A stretch of 64,000 nucleotides of DNA from Ophelia neglecta (taxonomy: Eukaryota), in contig OZ260663.1 of assembly GCA_965285935.1 (NCBI GenBank), positions 48,422,001 through 48,486,000 of the forward strand, in the 5' to 3' direction. Position 1 is the stretch's first letter, and the number at the start of each line of letters is the position of its first letter. A program made the position numbers and the translations under genes. Below, piece by piece: positions 37,701-51,100 of this stretch. Under the pieces are notes generated by a model that was given only the letters and a program-made list of their open reading frames with translations, did no database searches and had not been told where the DNA came from.

Positions 37701-40171
37701 CAACCACCGTGAAAATTACGGAAAGCACCAAATACTGAAGTTAAAAAGAAAATTGTGTCATTCACAAAGAGTCAGAAATCCTGGATCCGATAACGCCATG
37801 TATGACTAATTAAGTTAATTAATCTATATGTCACTCAAAAATTCGTGCATGTTCTTTCGTAAGAGGCTGTATCTAGTCTGGAATTCAACATAATCATAAT
37901 TGTCATCACCCTTTCAAGTAAAGTGTTCACTATTTTTGATCAACTAAAATACAAACATACGTAACGGAAAATATTTCTCGGCAACTCCAATTTTTTATTT
38001 GCTGATTCTTCACCACTGTTTTATGTCACTATAGTAAACGCGTAAATTCACGCAAGTTGTGTTCACTTTTTAAACGCCAACGTTCGTTTTAAAGTATGTT
38101 ATACGTTCATTAGGCTTACGTAACTAAGGTTAATAAAGGTTTTATTTCTAAACACATACCTTTCCACCATAGTCGTACAAAAAAAGACATGGATCCAAGA
38201 CGTGGTCTCATGATTTAAACCTTTTGCCCTCTTACCATCAATTACCTATACTGAAGAACCCCCCCCCCCCCCCCCCCCATCACCTTCGCCACCTAGTTAT
38301 TGCCACCAATTGGTATTAAAAAGCCAGCTAGAGCAAATATTACTTTAAACGCAGACGCGCTAATCAAGGTCGCGTTTTTATACTCACCCCAGTAATGCAT
38401 TTCTTGTTCAATCTGACCCCTGTGCAGCATCCGATAAGACCTAGAATGGAAGCCAATGGGTAGGTCTATAGCTTGTTATTTTTAATAAAATAACACACAC
38501 TATATACATGAACAAGAGAGTACCCAAAATTGAATAGCATCAACTTAATTATCAATTGGCCCATAGCATGAACAAGAATGGGTCTTAAATGTATATCTGA
38601 CACGATTAACCTACAGATAGCTAGATGGTTTTCGTTTCATAGGTTGTCATAATTGTTTCGAAATGTCGAATGAGCAATATACACCATACCTGTGACAAAT
38701 ACCCCGACACCGCAAACGTAGGAGAGATACACAATAGCCTGGGGAACAAAAACATCGACGGTATCATTGATAAGGAATATCTCTATGATGGGTGTACCTT
38801 CAATAGCCAACTGTTTATGTCGAATTTAAAGCAAATTAAAATTAATATTACACCTTTATAATAAAGCACAGTGTTATGAATGTTAAAATCTGTCATAATC
38901 TTAATATAATAGATAAAAGCCGTCTGCACGAAAACAAGTCGCATGTCCGCAATTCTAATTTACCGCCACATCCTTATATCGAGTGTTCATATTGGCTGAT
39001 GTAAATTGAAAAAAATGAACGTGGTTTCATACGTTTATAGTTTACCTGACCGTATTATGTTATACAATTAACGTATTTAAGAGCATTTAACTTTAAAAGA
39101 AAGATTCATGCCACGATGTGTTAAATAATAATCAGTTGTAGAGCCCTAGATTATAACACGAACTGCACTTTGCTTCATATTTTACTTTCTGCATTAAAAT
39201 TCTGTATAAAATTCAAGCGGCCATAAGTTGTTTTTATTTTACATGCAGATATCTCAATATTTATATCACCGTAGCGACACATGTGACAGGTTTTGTGCAG
39301 ATGGGTAACAGATATATTGCACAATCCAAACTTGAAGCAGTATGTGTCAGATTTAATTAATGATACATACTCGAGTAATATTGAAAGAATCAAATGCCTC
39401 CTTATCTGTGATGTAAACCGACGTTGTATAGCATATCAAACCAACCGACAGCGCCTAGCAAGAAAAAACCCAGGATTAGGAATAATATGTCATGTGTAAC
39501 ACTCTACTTAAAAGAGACAGATTGCACCGTTATTGAAATTACAGACATCAATACATATTTTTATGAGGGTATTGTATACAAATTTTGTTAAATTCCATGG
39601 ATACTATGTTAACCATATTTACGCGTATTTTTCGTTAATTCAAATATATATAGCTACTTACAAATCAAAGCCTAAAACAAATTAAACATTGCCGGGACTA
39701 GTCGACCCAAAGCTAACGTTACTTATTAATATATCAAGACTCACGGATTTATCAATACATAAACACGTGTTATAACTACAGGACAAAACTCGTTCATATG
39801 AAATCGCATTGCCCTGCGACCACCATAGTTTAGTATTGTGTATACAACATTTCACGTGCCTATACAGGCTCTATATCTATAGAGATAATAGATAAAAGGG
39901 GCCCACATCTAAAATATACATGTACTTGAAAACACTATATTAAATATGAATGCCAACAAACTTAACATGCAATACGTTAATATAATGAGCCCCTTAAATT
40001 ATGCTTTGGTATACTCATAAACACCAGCAACATATATAATGCAGCAGTATGGCGACGACTATAGGTTATACTCTGATACTTGTAACGTTGATCAATACTT
40101 ACCCAAAACAGACCGTTGGCAACAAGAAATGCATATCGTACGCAGTATTTACACGTTGTGGAAGAGGTCAT
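34751..40171 (-). CDS. Divergent tetraspanin (one EC2 exon unresolved; may be damaged)
   Basis: Exons: 40171-40103 (MTSSTTCKYCVRYAFLVANGLFW), 39454-39371, 38738-38690, 38440-38388 (GLIGCCTG), 37734-37663 (TM3), [unresolved ~37620-37520], 36817-36608 (FSCCGY...SC...GC, TM4 start), 34921-34751 (stop). Shows the NxxFW TM1, GCC TM2 and CCG hallmarks. Confidence 0.8.
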
Positions 40172-40465
40172 TTTCGAAGTATTTCCCTAAATCGGTGTTG
40201 ATAACTGATCACGTCATACTTTCTTTAGTTATTTGGCTAAGTAGACAACTTCAGCTGGGCCAGGTCTAACCCCGGTATCGAACTGTTTATGGTATAAACT
40301 TAAGTCACGCTTCATTGAGTAAATGGCGAAGTTACAATGTTGACCTTAAGCAGTTCGTTGATTTGTTCTGCACTAGAGTCTAATGGGTTGGAACTTTTAA
40401 AATATATCAATTATATATGAACAAGGGGCACAATGACAGAATTATTTTCCATGAAAACAAAATAC

Positions 40466-40501
40466 AGAGAGACTGAGAGAGAGAGAAAGAGAGAGAGAGA
40501 A
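40466..40501. repeat. (GA)n microsatellite upstream of the tetraspanin gene
   Basis: Interrupted AGAGAG run about 300 bp upstream of the ATG. Confidence 0.8.
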
Positions 40502-41455
40502 TGGGCATATATACTCCCAAATCCTCTGAAACATAACACATTTATGTGGATAATTATGTAGCCCTTTTGACTATAATGTATTGAGTTGTCATAGCATTGC
40601 CAAAGAAAACAGCTAAATGATTAATTAGAATGTTGCTTCTTTATTTGTACAGTACAAAAAAATTAGGACTTATGGTGTTTTCAGTATTTTTGTCAGATGC
40701 AAGTAAATTAAATTGAGCATCTGAATATTAAAATAACACATTGGAACTGAATCATTCAGAATCCAAGGCGGACGCGGTTGTCTTGCAGACTTGTCTTTGG
40801 CCTCCAGCCACAAAAAAAAAGAGTTCATTTCCTGGCAATGACATGATATTTTCATCTGACAATGATACTGTTGATGCAAACAAACAACTGACTTTGGAAA
40901 TTGTTGATTTCTACCTAACTGCAGCTAGGATAAGACTAAGAGTTATCATTTATGTAAAACCTACTCAACGGTGAAACCCATCCTGTCAGCCAGGCATTAA
41001 TTTCCAGTATTAAAAGCCGGACTGTGAAGTTTACCGCCCCATTGGCGACGGCATACTACTAAAGGAGGTGGACACTGGTGTAAAGGGCTCATAGAAATTC
41101 CGTAGTCTCATGGTATAAAATTTGGTTTACCAAATTTACTGGAATTCGCTCAAACTATACTAAGGGCAAAGAAACTGCAGGGCTTTACATAACAAGACAA
41201 TAGAAAATAACCAGGTTTTGATGTATGCAAATGAAAATTTATTGTTCTAAAAACATTTTTCTTACATACGCCTGACGCGATCATTTTTTACAGATAGGAA
41301 CACATATATCTAATGTCTTTACTGCACAATGTTTATTACTCTATGTTTGCTTTACATATTATAAGTCATTGGCTTGGAAACAGAATACAATTTAAATACA
41401 GCACAATATTAAAAACTTATTTAAACAGAGCTACGGTGGATTGACAATGGCCATG

Positions 41456-44400
41456 TTAATGTCGGGCTTTCCTCTTACGGCTCTCACGCTGAGACTGACT
41501 GGCGGCTACCTGGGCAGTTTGAGTCAAAGCATGGCCATCTACAAAATCAACAATGCACAATTTTAATTAGATCTATATGACTCACAGACTCAAACAGACT
41601 CAATATGTGATACATCATGATAGGCGATAACACTTTGATAAACTGTTAAGACTGCCAGAAGATGAGCTAAAGTTTATATCATTTTAAAGAGGCCACATAA
41701 AATGTAATATTTATATGTTCTTTTTGAATAAACATTACTTCTAATCCTATAAATCAGCTTCATTACCTCTGTGTTTTTTGGTATTAGGGATGGGGTGGGG
41801 CCAGTTGGCTCTACATTGCTGAGATGGACATTTGGGTTGTACATTGTCCCCTCTCCCTTCAAAGTACTTGGCGGCACATCCTATATGTAACTTGACATCA
41901 CAGTTTGCACACGACTGGCCCTGCAATCAGTTAATAACATGTATAGAAAAGAAGTCCCTTTTCCGTAATGGCTGAAGCAGTTGAACAAAAAAATAATATA
42001 CCTAGCATTATAACAAGCAACTATTTGTTTGCTCATTTGGTTATATAAAGCTTTTATTTTTATGCTTGTAATCCAGATTAAATAATTATGGTTGGAGTCA
42101 GACCATAAAAAATATTAAAAACTAGCATTGACTTTGGTGATTCAAATTGAAAATCATTACACAATGAATAGGCTTCAGTTTATAAAAGTTTTTGGTCCGA
42201 TTAATGTAGACCCTCTGTAGTTATGTCAATGTCAATGGAACAAGCTAATATCAAGTACCATAATCCTATTTATTTGAGGGTGTATATGGTGTATATGGCG
42301 GCAGACAGGGCACACTAGACAACCATGTGACCACACATGGCAGCTAAAGTGGCTTTAAGCACCACCTGACCAGACTCAGAAAATGACTTGACATGTTGAA
42401 AGTCCTGAGTCTGCCCCCCCCCCCCCCCCTGCTGTTTTAAGCTCTTTAAATCTAAAGCATAATTTCAACAGTCAATACATAGATACAATTCCTGAAAACA
42501 CAAAAGAATTCTTAACTAATACATTAAGTATTAAGTAAATTTAATTTGATATTCCATGTCGTAGGAGACACTGTTAAGAAGAAATATGGTGCACCTGTAG
42601 GACAAGTTAGTTGCACATGTTATAAGTGTTTCAAACTCATTTAATTCTAAAGCATAATTTCAAAAGTCAATACATAGATTCAATTCCTGAAAACACAAAA
42701 GAATTCTTAATTAGTACATTAAGCATTTAGTAAATGTAATTTGATATCCCATGTCGTAGGAGACACTGTTAAGAAGATAAATGGTGCACCTGTAGGACTA
42801 GTTTGTTACACATGTTACACATGGTACATAGGTTAGGATACTGGTCACGAATATACTGTTCCAACTCCAATATAGATCTGGCCGTGAGAAAGTACTGACC
42901 ATCTTCATTCTGAAAGTAGTAGAAGAATTACAATGTTACAATGTTATACAATCTGCTTAACTAATGTAGGTCTGAATTTTTTATCATGACTTAAAATCTT
43001 GAGATTTATCAATTTGGACTTTTTGCACTGGATTAAAGATGGCATTTTGCCTAAATTTATTTTGGTTGTACAAGTAGGTATTTGCAATTTTATTATTCAT
43101 AACGGAATTTGCAATTTTGCAATCTTCACACTAGTCTGCTATAGGAGTGTCCTGGACCCTGCCCCTCCCCCCCTTCTTTAGCGAGCCAGTAAACAAAATT
43201 AGCACTGCTTAATTAGGATGGTGAGGGGTGGACAGAATACATGTGAACTCAATACTAATTTATTTGCTTTAGCCGTAGAGATGAACCAGGCGCCTGCTTG
43301 ACCTCAGCACTGCAGCACCACCCCATAGTGCAGCACCCGTTCATGCTCAGCACTGCAGCTCTCACCTATTGTGAAGCTCCCACCTATTCTCAGTTCTGCA
43401 GCAACCGCCCTTTGTCAGCAGTGCTGCACCTGCCCATTCTCAGCACTGCCATTCAAAGCACCTGCTGTTTCTCAGTTCTGCAGCAACTGCACATTCTCAG
43501 CCATGCAAAAACTTCCCATAATCAGTGCTGAAGGACCTGTCAATTCTCAGCACTGCAGGATCCTCCCATACTCAGCAGAACATTACCAGCCCATTCTCAG
43601 CACTGCCGACCTTCATGCTTATTCTCAGCACTGAAGCTGTCATCCATTCTCAACCCGATAAAACCTGTCCATTCTCCTGGTCATGAATATGTTTAAAAGT
43701 GAAAGTAAAAGTGGGGGTTTCTCATAATAGGGCTAAACAGTGTGAAAACAGGCACCTCTGCACTATGAGAGAACATGGGGAAATAGCCACAGTTTTAACA
43801 AAAGAAAATTTCACCTGTCCAATCCACTGTTCACGTTGCATTCTGTCATAGCAGGCTTCAGCATCCTTTTTCAAGATTTTGATCACAGGCTCTATATCAG
43901 GAAGATTCAGGGCTTCTGTCGATGAAACTGTACCATTTTCAGCCTCAACAACTTTCTCAACCTACAGATGAACAAAAAGGAAAGAACAATTTAATCAAAT
44001 GCACAAATTACAAAAGGTACATAGGGGATGTCCAAAAAAAAAAAAAAAACATTACCAAACAATGTTGTTCATAAAAATAAATGACAAAGGTGAAAATTCT
44101 TACTACTGCAAGGAGAAAGGTGGTTCATTTGGGATGTAACAAAGTCATACTACTAACAAAATGCTAGGCTAGACATCAAGTAACCATGGTAATGATGGGA
44201 TAGGGTACACAACCACATTATTGCATGGCCAGAGGACCCTGACCAAGTTTCTTCTTGACTGTGGTTGGTGATTTTTTAACATCATAACATGCCTTGATTT
44301 TAGCAATTTAAAACGTGGCTATGACAAGCATAATTATGTCACCAATTAATCACAACGAGCAATTTTGACAAGGTCCCCTGTCCATGGCCTTAGTCAAGGA

Positions 44401-45879
44401 CGTATGCCCAATCCAAGACTCATTTTCTTTGTACTGACTTCAGATTCCAGAAAATAAGCCCCAACCCAGATGCATTATGGCCAACAGATTGACATAGATT
44501 ACAACTAAGGTGAACTTACCAATCTCTTAAACAATTCCAGCTGGGTTTGTGAATAGTCAGAGGCAGCTAATCTGGTAAATTCAGTGTCAGCAGTGTTAAC
44601 CTGCAAAATATAACATTTTATTCAAATTCCAATGAATAGTAAAATGCAATGTAATAGTTTGTTCCTTTGCATAAATGAAGTAATGAGTGAATAAGTGTAG
44701 AAGCAAATATTGAATCCTTTTAATACATGTTCAGTCAGATAAGGTATTATATTTTTTCAATGGCATTCAATATTTGATTTTTTGGATATGGAACCTGTCT
44801 TTTGGCAGAAAGCAACTCCGGCAAATAAATCAGAACAATGCTTAATTTATGGGTTTTTTTTCCTTTTAATAGTCAAATCTATTTTGCAAGGTCATTTAAA
44901 ATAATGAAATACCTTGCACACACAGAGTAACTGTTGCAGAATTCCTAGCTAAAACTTGAGTCAAATCTCTAATTTCTGTGTAATACATGTAAACATTTAT
45001 TCTCAAGAAACACAAAGACAAGTGAAATGTTTTTCAACCAATTTTTTTCTTTAATATACTAGTAAGTCACGATTTCTGTCCAGTTCAGCCATAAAAGGGA
45101 TATTTTGTGTTGTTTTATCAGCTGGTACACCACATTTTTTCCAGGTAATTTTTTTTTTTTTTTAACCTCTAATCAGTATTAGATAGACTTAATTCATAAA
45201 GTATAGAAAACATGCATATTCAAAGTTGAATTCTTCTTTGTAATTGTCAGGGAAACAGAGACAGTTCTATGAATTGAAGTGCCATTATATATCTTGCAAG
45301 TTAAATTAAATGTAAACAAACTTACCAAGCAATACGACTGCTTGGCACTTTCCTCAGATATGGCTTTCTTGATTTCCAAGTGAATAGGCTTTATATGCTC
45401 ATTAATAATGCTGACAAATTCAACCAAATCTGCATCATCCTCTGAAAACCAAACAATTCCTTAAATGTTAGTACCCAAAAGTCTTGACAAACAACTTTGT
45501 TACCAAGAAATAAGAGTACAGTTATTTGCTGTAAAAGTTGGGCTACATACCAGCCAAATTAATATTCAAGTGTCAGTGGAGCAGCATGTCCAATAAAATA
45601 TTTTGCTACAGTTAAAGGATATTTGTAGCTTCTAAAGAACAGTTAAATTAACAATTTTGAGCTATCTTGTATAAATCTGTGATTTTTGTGATTTGTAATG
45701 AATTTGGTCTAATATCAAAAATACATCAATATATTGCTGTAAATATCCCATATTTCACACTAACCTTGGAATCTTCTGCATGCCAACTTATGAAGTTCTC
45801 TCACTTGCTTGCCATCTATTATTCCTTTGCTCATGAATGACTGTAGAAACAATCTATGGCTGTCTCTCATGTTTGCCAT
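41456..45879 (-). CDS. NSMCE1: Non-structural maintenance of chromosomes element 1 (SMC5/6 complex RING subunit)
   Basis: Coding exons 45879-45765, 45441-45326, 44600-44520, 43961-43815, 42909-42790, 41920-41767, 41538-41456. Total 816 nt (271 aa). N-terminal HRLFLQSFMSKG, INEHIKPIHLEIKK, LTARSILELEQYI and the RING-like CNMC...CANC...HIGC...CPSQQC. Minus-strand AATAAA at 41243-41238. Confidence 0.92.
42451..42817. repeat. Recent tandem duplication (195-bp offset) including the NSMCE1 exon 5 donor
   Basis: Near-identical copies at 42451-42622 and 42646-42817. Confidence 0.9.
43300..43680. repeat. Diverged minisatellite (~22-24 bp, CCCATTCTCAGCACTGCAGCACC-like) in an NSMCE1 intron
   Basis: Roughly 15 degenerate copies with core TTCTCAGCACTG. 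Explains the spurious ORFs 43298-43531 and 43371-43634. Confidence 0.85.
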
Positions 45880-46194
45880 CCTAAGGAAAAAAGTGATTTT
45901 TGGTACTCTTCAGCCAAAAATATCAACAATTTATATGTTTTTTATCTAAAAATATCTGTGAAACCCTCCTATGGAGATGGGGTCAATAAAAAACAAATCA
46001 TCCATCAAAATCAATATATTTTAGTATGCATAAACGAAGTAAACATTTTTAATTGTTCTATAGTCTTTTAGAAAAAGTTGTGCTGCTATTGTAATGCTTT
46101 TCGATGCCATTTCTGTGTCCCCGCCCCCTAATAATATATGTATCAATCCTCCCAGGCTACAAACCAAATGGCACTCCTATGGTTTTGAATTTCA

Positions 46195-47514
46195 TAGTAG
46201 TCCCTGCGATGAAGGGCCACCTGTCCATCCAAGCAAAAGTGGCCCTACATTGCAGGTGGCCCTTAATCGGAGGGACAGGACACCCGACAAAATGGCTATG
46301 CAGAATTTATTGTGATTAATCTATTAAATTATCTATAATGATAAGCTTATCAGTTGTATGTATTTAGTGTTTTCATACATAGAATTTTGCTTTGTTATTT
46401 TTTTTCAAAAATTATTAAAAAATATATTATGAATTGTTTTTGGAAAAACATTTCCATGAATAAGTTCACTGTGTTAATTTGCAGCAGAATGATGTGGAAT
46501 TCTGAATGTAACTTTTCACAAAGTCCTCTTGAAGACATTGTGAAAAGTTACATGCATTCTACTTGATCAGCATGTGGTCACTTGTGGATTACGGTCGAGC
46601 GGTCGTACATATTCTTAAGTTCAGTCCTTCAGAGAAGCGTAACCCTAGCCAAGATACGTAGCTCTAGGTCCATTTATAATGTCATATTAGAGCTATGCAG
46701 ACACTGTGGGACCGTAGAGGTCCCAAATAATACGCGAGGAAGGGGCCCAGAGCTACGGATCTTGGCTAGCGTAACCAAGCTGTTACAGACAATTCGACTG
46801 TCAGTCAGTCATCGATCGGGCCGATACACATAATTACACGCATGATGCCCGTGTAATCGCTGCACAATAAACAAACACATTTATTCACCGAGTCTTTGTT
46901 CTTTGTGTGTGATCAAATGTTAACACATCTTTCAAACAACTTGAAGAACCTGCGCTCAACAAGTCGAAGATCGTTAACAATTTAAACATGGCGGCCGGCC
47001 ACTTGGAAATGGGATGCGCAGAGTGCCGAGTCACACGGACTACATCCGAGTTCCTTCAAAATAGAATATTTTACGCATGTCTTTATATATTAGTTTCTAT
47101 TTTCCTTTGCTGTTCAACATAAGTTGCCTTTCTGGGTAAAATCATTCACTTTTTGAAGGCATTTTACATCGCTCTGCCATCTCACAAGTGTCTACAACCA
47201 CTATAACTTTCCCGACTCGGACCGTGTTGCTGCTATGGAGAACGGTCGAAAATGTACGCGCGTCCTGCCGCGCGCAGATATTTTTTAATTCCGGTCGAAG
47301 GCAAGGAAATTCAGTACAAAAATATCAATAAATATGTTGTTTGTCCGCTCGTAGCAGGTGAAAAAGTTCACTATAGGACTGTCCGCGGCTGCGTATAGCA
47401 GGCGACCGCTCGTTGCAGGGACTTTTAATGGAGAAACAGTTCGTACATTGAAATATCGGCCGGCCATAGCAGGTGACCATTCACGCCGGGGACCGCACAT
47501 TGCTGGGAATACTG
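46195..47514. mobile_element. Putative old pogo/Tigger-like non-autonomous element (~1.3 kb)
   Basis: Left end TAGTAGTCCCTGCGATGAAGGGCC matches imperfectly the reverse complement of the right end (CAGTATTCCCAGCAATGTGCGGTC), which is followed by TA. Subrepeats AGGTGGCCCT and AGG(C/T)GACC lie near both ends. Confidence 0.45.
46645..46769. mobile_element. Short MITE with ~27-bp TIR and 7-8-bp TSD (hAT/P-like)
   Basis: CTAGCCAAGATACGTAGCTCTAGGTCC ... GGGCCCAGAGCTACGGATCTTGGCTAG, flanked by the direct repeat GCGTAACC (46637-46644 and 46769-46776). Confidence 0.85.
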
Positions 47515-47525
47515 TATATGAAAAT

Positions 47526-47572
47526 CAGGGTTACAAGGCAATGTGTACTCAGGGTTACAAGTCAATGTGTAC
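47526..47572. repeat. 24-bp two-copy tandem repeat
   Basis: CAGGGTTACAAG(G/T)CAATGTGTAC occurs twice. Confidence 0.8.
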
Positions 47573-47840
47573 AGGATTCAGTGTGCAATCTGACTGGGTG
47601 ACTGCGGGGGAGGGGGGGGGGGGTGGTTCAGGACTGACATTGTGCCAGACTGGGGTATAACAAAATTCTAATCGTAACCGAAGCAAAGATATGCCCCCCC
47701 CCCCCCCACAGTAGTAATGATGACCACCCCCTAAGAGTTGAGCCTGAGGTACAGGCTTTGTTTTCTTTTCTTGCGTAGTCTTTGCAGTTTTATTATAAAT
47801 AAATTGTATATGGCATGTCATATATCCCTCGTGGTATTAC

Positions 47841-48139
47841 CTTTCTATGTAGACAGGGTCGTGTCGCTGGTTATGTTATCAGGTTATATGCTCAGTTCTT
47901 CAGTTGTAACAACTCTCATCTGATGCTTTCCGCCATACATCACGGAAGCTGACTCATACTCTCAACGCAAAACTTTAACACATTATTTGGCTTATTATTT
48001 ATTATTAGGAGTAGGTAAAGGGTAAAAACAAAATGTGTATGATGTTATTTTAAGATAAGAAAAGTCACAGTTGATTAAGGTTGACTTTAAATTATTTTAT
48101 GATTTGAGACTATATAAAAACTTCCGAACTGATGAAAAC
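47841..48139. promoter_or_regulatory. Putative bidirectional promoter NSMCE1 / DDX24
   Basis: A minus-strand donor AAG|GTAATA at 47841/47840 is a candidate non-coding NSMCE1 exon 1, splicing to the acceptor at 45881 just before the ATG. ETS-like CGGAAG at 47943 and CTTCCG at 48121; YY1-like CCGCCAT at 47931 and AACATGGCG at the DDX24 start. Confidence 0.55.
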
Positions 48140-51100
48140 ATGGCGCACGTGAAAGCTCCGAAAGCAGGCGGAGGCAAGTGGAAACCAATAACTATTGCTC
48201 CAGAGCTGATGATAAAACATGACATGGACGACCTAATCTCCATGGAAGAACTCCATGATTACAGTATAGGAAAAGATGGCACACTTACATTTCTAGATGG
48301 CCCAAAGAAGAAGGTAAGGTGTCAAATAACCTTATTATCGCTCAGTGATTCCAATTACAAGGGGGGGGGGACGTTCACAGTCTTTATTTGAATGGATGCA
48401 CATAATTCATAATTACAGATATGAGGGTGACATACAGTTTAGCTCTGGGGCAGATCGAGAATATATGGTATACCGAAGGGCGAATGAAAGAGGCATAAAG
48501 AATACCTCCCTCTCATCCAGCAAAAATAAATGCCCATCTTGATCAGCTTTGCAATAAAAAGTGTACAGGGCAATTGTGTGCTTGGGTGGGTTGCTTATCT
48601 GGTTGCTTTCTACACAAACATGCAGTTTAGACAACCTAGCTGGTGAAATATTCTATTTTGTAATGTGGATGTCATGCGCTATTATAATAGTGGTGCCATC
48701 AGTGTACGAAACGACCAATATACCAGGGTATGAAAGGACTGCTAACAAGGTTTGTGACATCCAGGACCGGGTACAAACTGTCCTGGTGCGAACGCGACTG
48801 GGTACTTAACATACCGCAACCGTCTGGTTTATAATGTTCCTCAGACATATCCATTTACTATCAATGGAATGAATGGATGGTGCCATTTATCAGAAAAAAA
48901 ATGCCTCATTCTTGTAAAAGAAAAATTTAACATAAATTTGGGTAGCATATGATACTATATAAAATGAGGAGTGTGTATCTATAAAGAATTAGTATCATTA
49001 CCAATAATAACATTGTATCCAGTAGGAAAATTTTGGTTTAATGTGTCACCTTTCGAGCTCTGTTTACTGGTTTATTATGTTGTATTGTAGAATAAAAAAA
49101 AACGCAATAAGAAGAAAGAGAAAAAGGATGAATTGAAAACAAGTGCACTCAAAGAGGATAAGGCGAAGCCAAAGAAAAAAGTAAAAAAAGAAAGAAGTAA
49201 AAAGAAGAAGGCAGTAGTAGATATCCCTAGTGGTTCTGAAGATGAAACCAACATTTCAGAATCCATAGTCTCATGTGAAAAGAAGAGTAAGAATACCACG
49301 ATGGTAAATAAAATACTAAGTAGTCCAGACGATGAAGAAATCAGCATGGTCATCTCAGAGCCAGACTCAACTGTGAAAAAAAAACGTAAAGCTGGTAAGT
49401 CTCATGCGTCTTATAATAGACTTATAGGTCATTCCAGATTTGAACTGCTAGGAAATGTGGTACAATTACTTGTATATGAGGGTATTATTTCTGGGCTTTA
49501 GTATAGCAAAATATGGGGTTTTGTTTGAATTTTATACAAACCTATTGTCATAATAAAATGGCTATGTTGATTATTGAATTTTCAGATGATAGTGGTCAAT
49601 GTGGAAAAAAGAGAAAAAAGTCCCACACTGTACAAGATATATTTGTTGAGACAAAAGGAACAACTGCAAAAGTTGAAAAATGTGGTGAGCATGATTAATC
49701 AGTGTCCACGAATAAAATGCACCAAACATGACTGACATTCAATTCAAATAGGTGCTTTGATACAATGTAATATGACAAATTTTTAATTAGCAGGCACTGT
49801 CCTGACGATATAATGGTTTCAGCCACTGACAACAGCTTTCGGCGATGGCTGCTAATGATTTGATACTACTTCACAGTAATACATTTCATAAAATTTAAGG
49901 TGACATAAATATCATTTCAGACATGTCAGGATGGAATGATTTGTTTGTGCCTGAACCTGTGCTCAGGGCACTTTCTGAGGAAGGATTTAGTGCTCCCACA
50001 AAAATTCAAAGTCTTGTGCTGCCTCATGCCATTAGAGATAAATTGGACATTATTGGAGCTGCAGAAACTGTGAGTAGCAAACTACAAATTTTATTGTTGG
50101 TCTTGTAGACATAAGGTAAAGACAGTTATGTAATGAAATATTTTCTTTGTTCTACATGTAGCAGACCTGTATTTCTCCATATTATACATAACATTTTTCA
50201 TAAACAGATACATGTGTGTGACATATTTTATAATTTATTGTGCAGGGCAGTGGCAAAACCCTGGCCTACGCAATTCCAGTCATCCATAGGATTTTACAGA
50301 CGAGAGGCTCAAAGGATTCGGATCTGGATGACATTTCTAGCAGTGATGAGGACAGTGTTAGTGATGCCAGCAGTTGTGACGAGAGTTTTGATGAAGTCCT
50401 TCCTGAAAATAAGGATCCATCTGCATCAGATTCTTCAGGGGAAGATGACCATTCTGAACTTGGTTCAGAAGACTGTGATCTACCTTCTGATGATGATGAA
50501 GTAATTTCAGATATAGGGGTAAGACACTTATTTATAGTGATAAAGACATACATTTATAATGATATATATATTTATATAATAGTGTTATTCATTCTGTAGG
50601 ACAGTTTTTGTATGTCTGCTCTTTGAACTGTCAGGTGTCCTACCTGGTAGTTCCTATTGTCAGATTAACATTCTTGATACATCTATGACAGGAAGATGAA
50701 ATAGGATGTGTGGCTGTTAGGAATAATGTGTGCTTTCCTTGGCTTGAGGAAAAGTCAGCTAACAGAGAAAATGGGCCACTTAACGCTCTGATTGTGTGTC
50801 CGACAAGAGAACTTGCCATTCAAGTGAAAAATCACATTCAAAAGGCTGTTAAATTCCTTGATATACAGGTAGTGTAATCCTACTGAGTTTAATTTTTTGC
50901 TCAGTGTAAGTTTTGATGCCATGTTATATAATCCAAACAAAGAATTTTTGATGAATAATAGAGTCAATAACCCACTAAAACTGGAATTTTCTCTTATCAT
51001 TAATCATTTTTAAGACTGATGCATAAATGTTGAAATCATATCAGACCTGTTTGCACACTGCAGGTGGTAGCAGTAGTCGGTGGGATGGCTCAACAGAAGC

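Noticed and set aside
38441-38692. Tetraspanin intron looked like a TIR-bearing insertion (GGTAGGTCTATA...TATACACCATACC, TG duplication) that created a new intron and removed LASIL
   Set aside because: The normally spliced product G-VGVFVT-G-LIGCC already has canonical tetraspanin TM2 spacing. The TIR is short and imperfect, so an ordinary intron explains it.
39371-39480. Apparent frameshifted tetraspanin exon (ILGFFLLGAVGW...) suggesting a pseudogene
   Set aside because: A strong acceptor ttttttcttgctag at 39456-39455 gives a clean in-frame 84-nt exon. The other reading is just the polypyrimidine tract.
49786-49856. Hammerhead-ribozyme-like words (CTGACGA, TTTCGG) within a TTAGCAG...CTGCTAA inverted repeat in a DDX24 intron
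   Set aside because: CUGANGA and GAAA fall on opposite strands, so no complete catalytic core can be assembled.
49075-50553. Hydrophobic or Ser-rich minus-strand ORFs (49075-49353, 50266-50553)
   Set aside because: They are antisense mirrors of the Lys-rich and acidic DDX24 exons.
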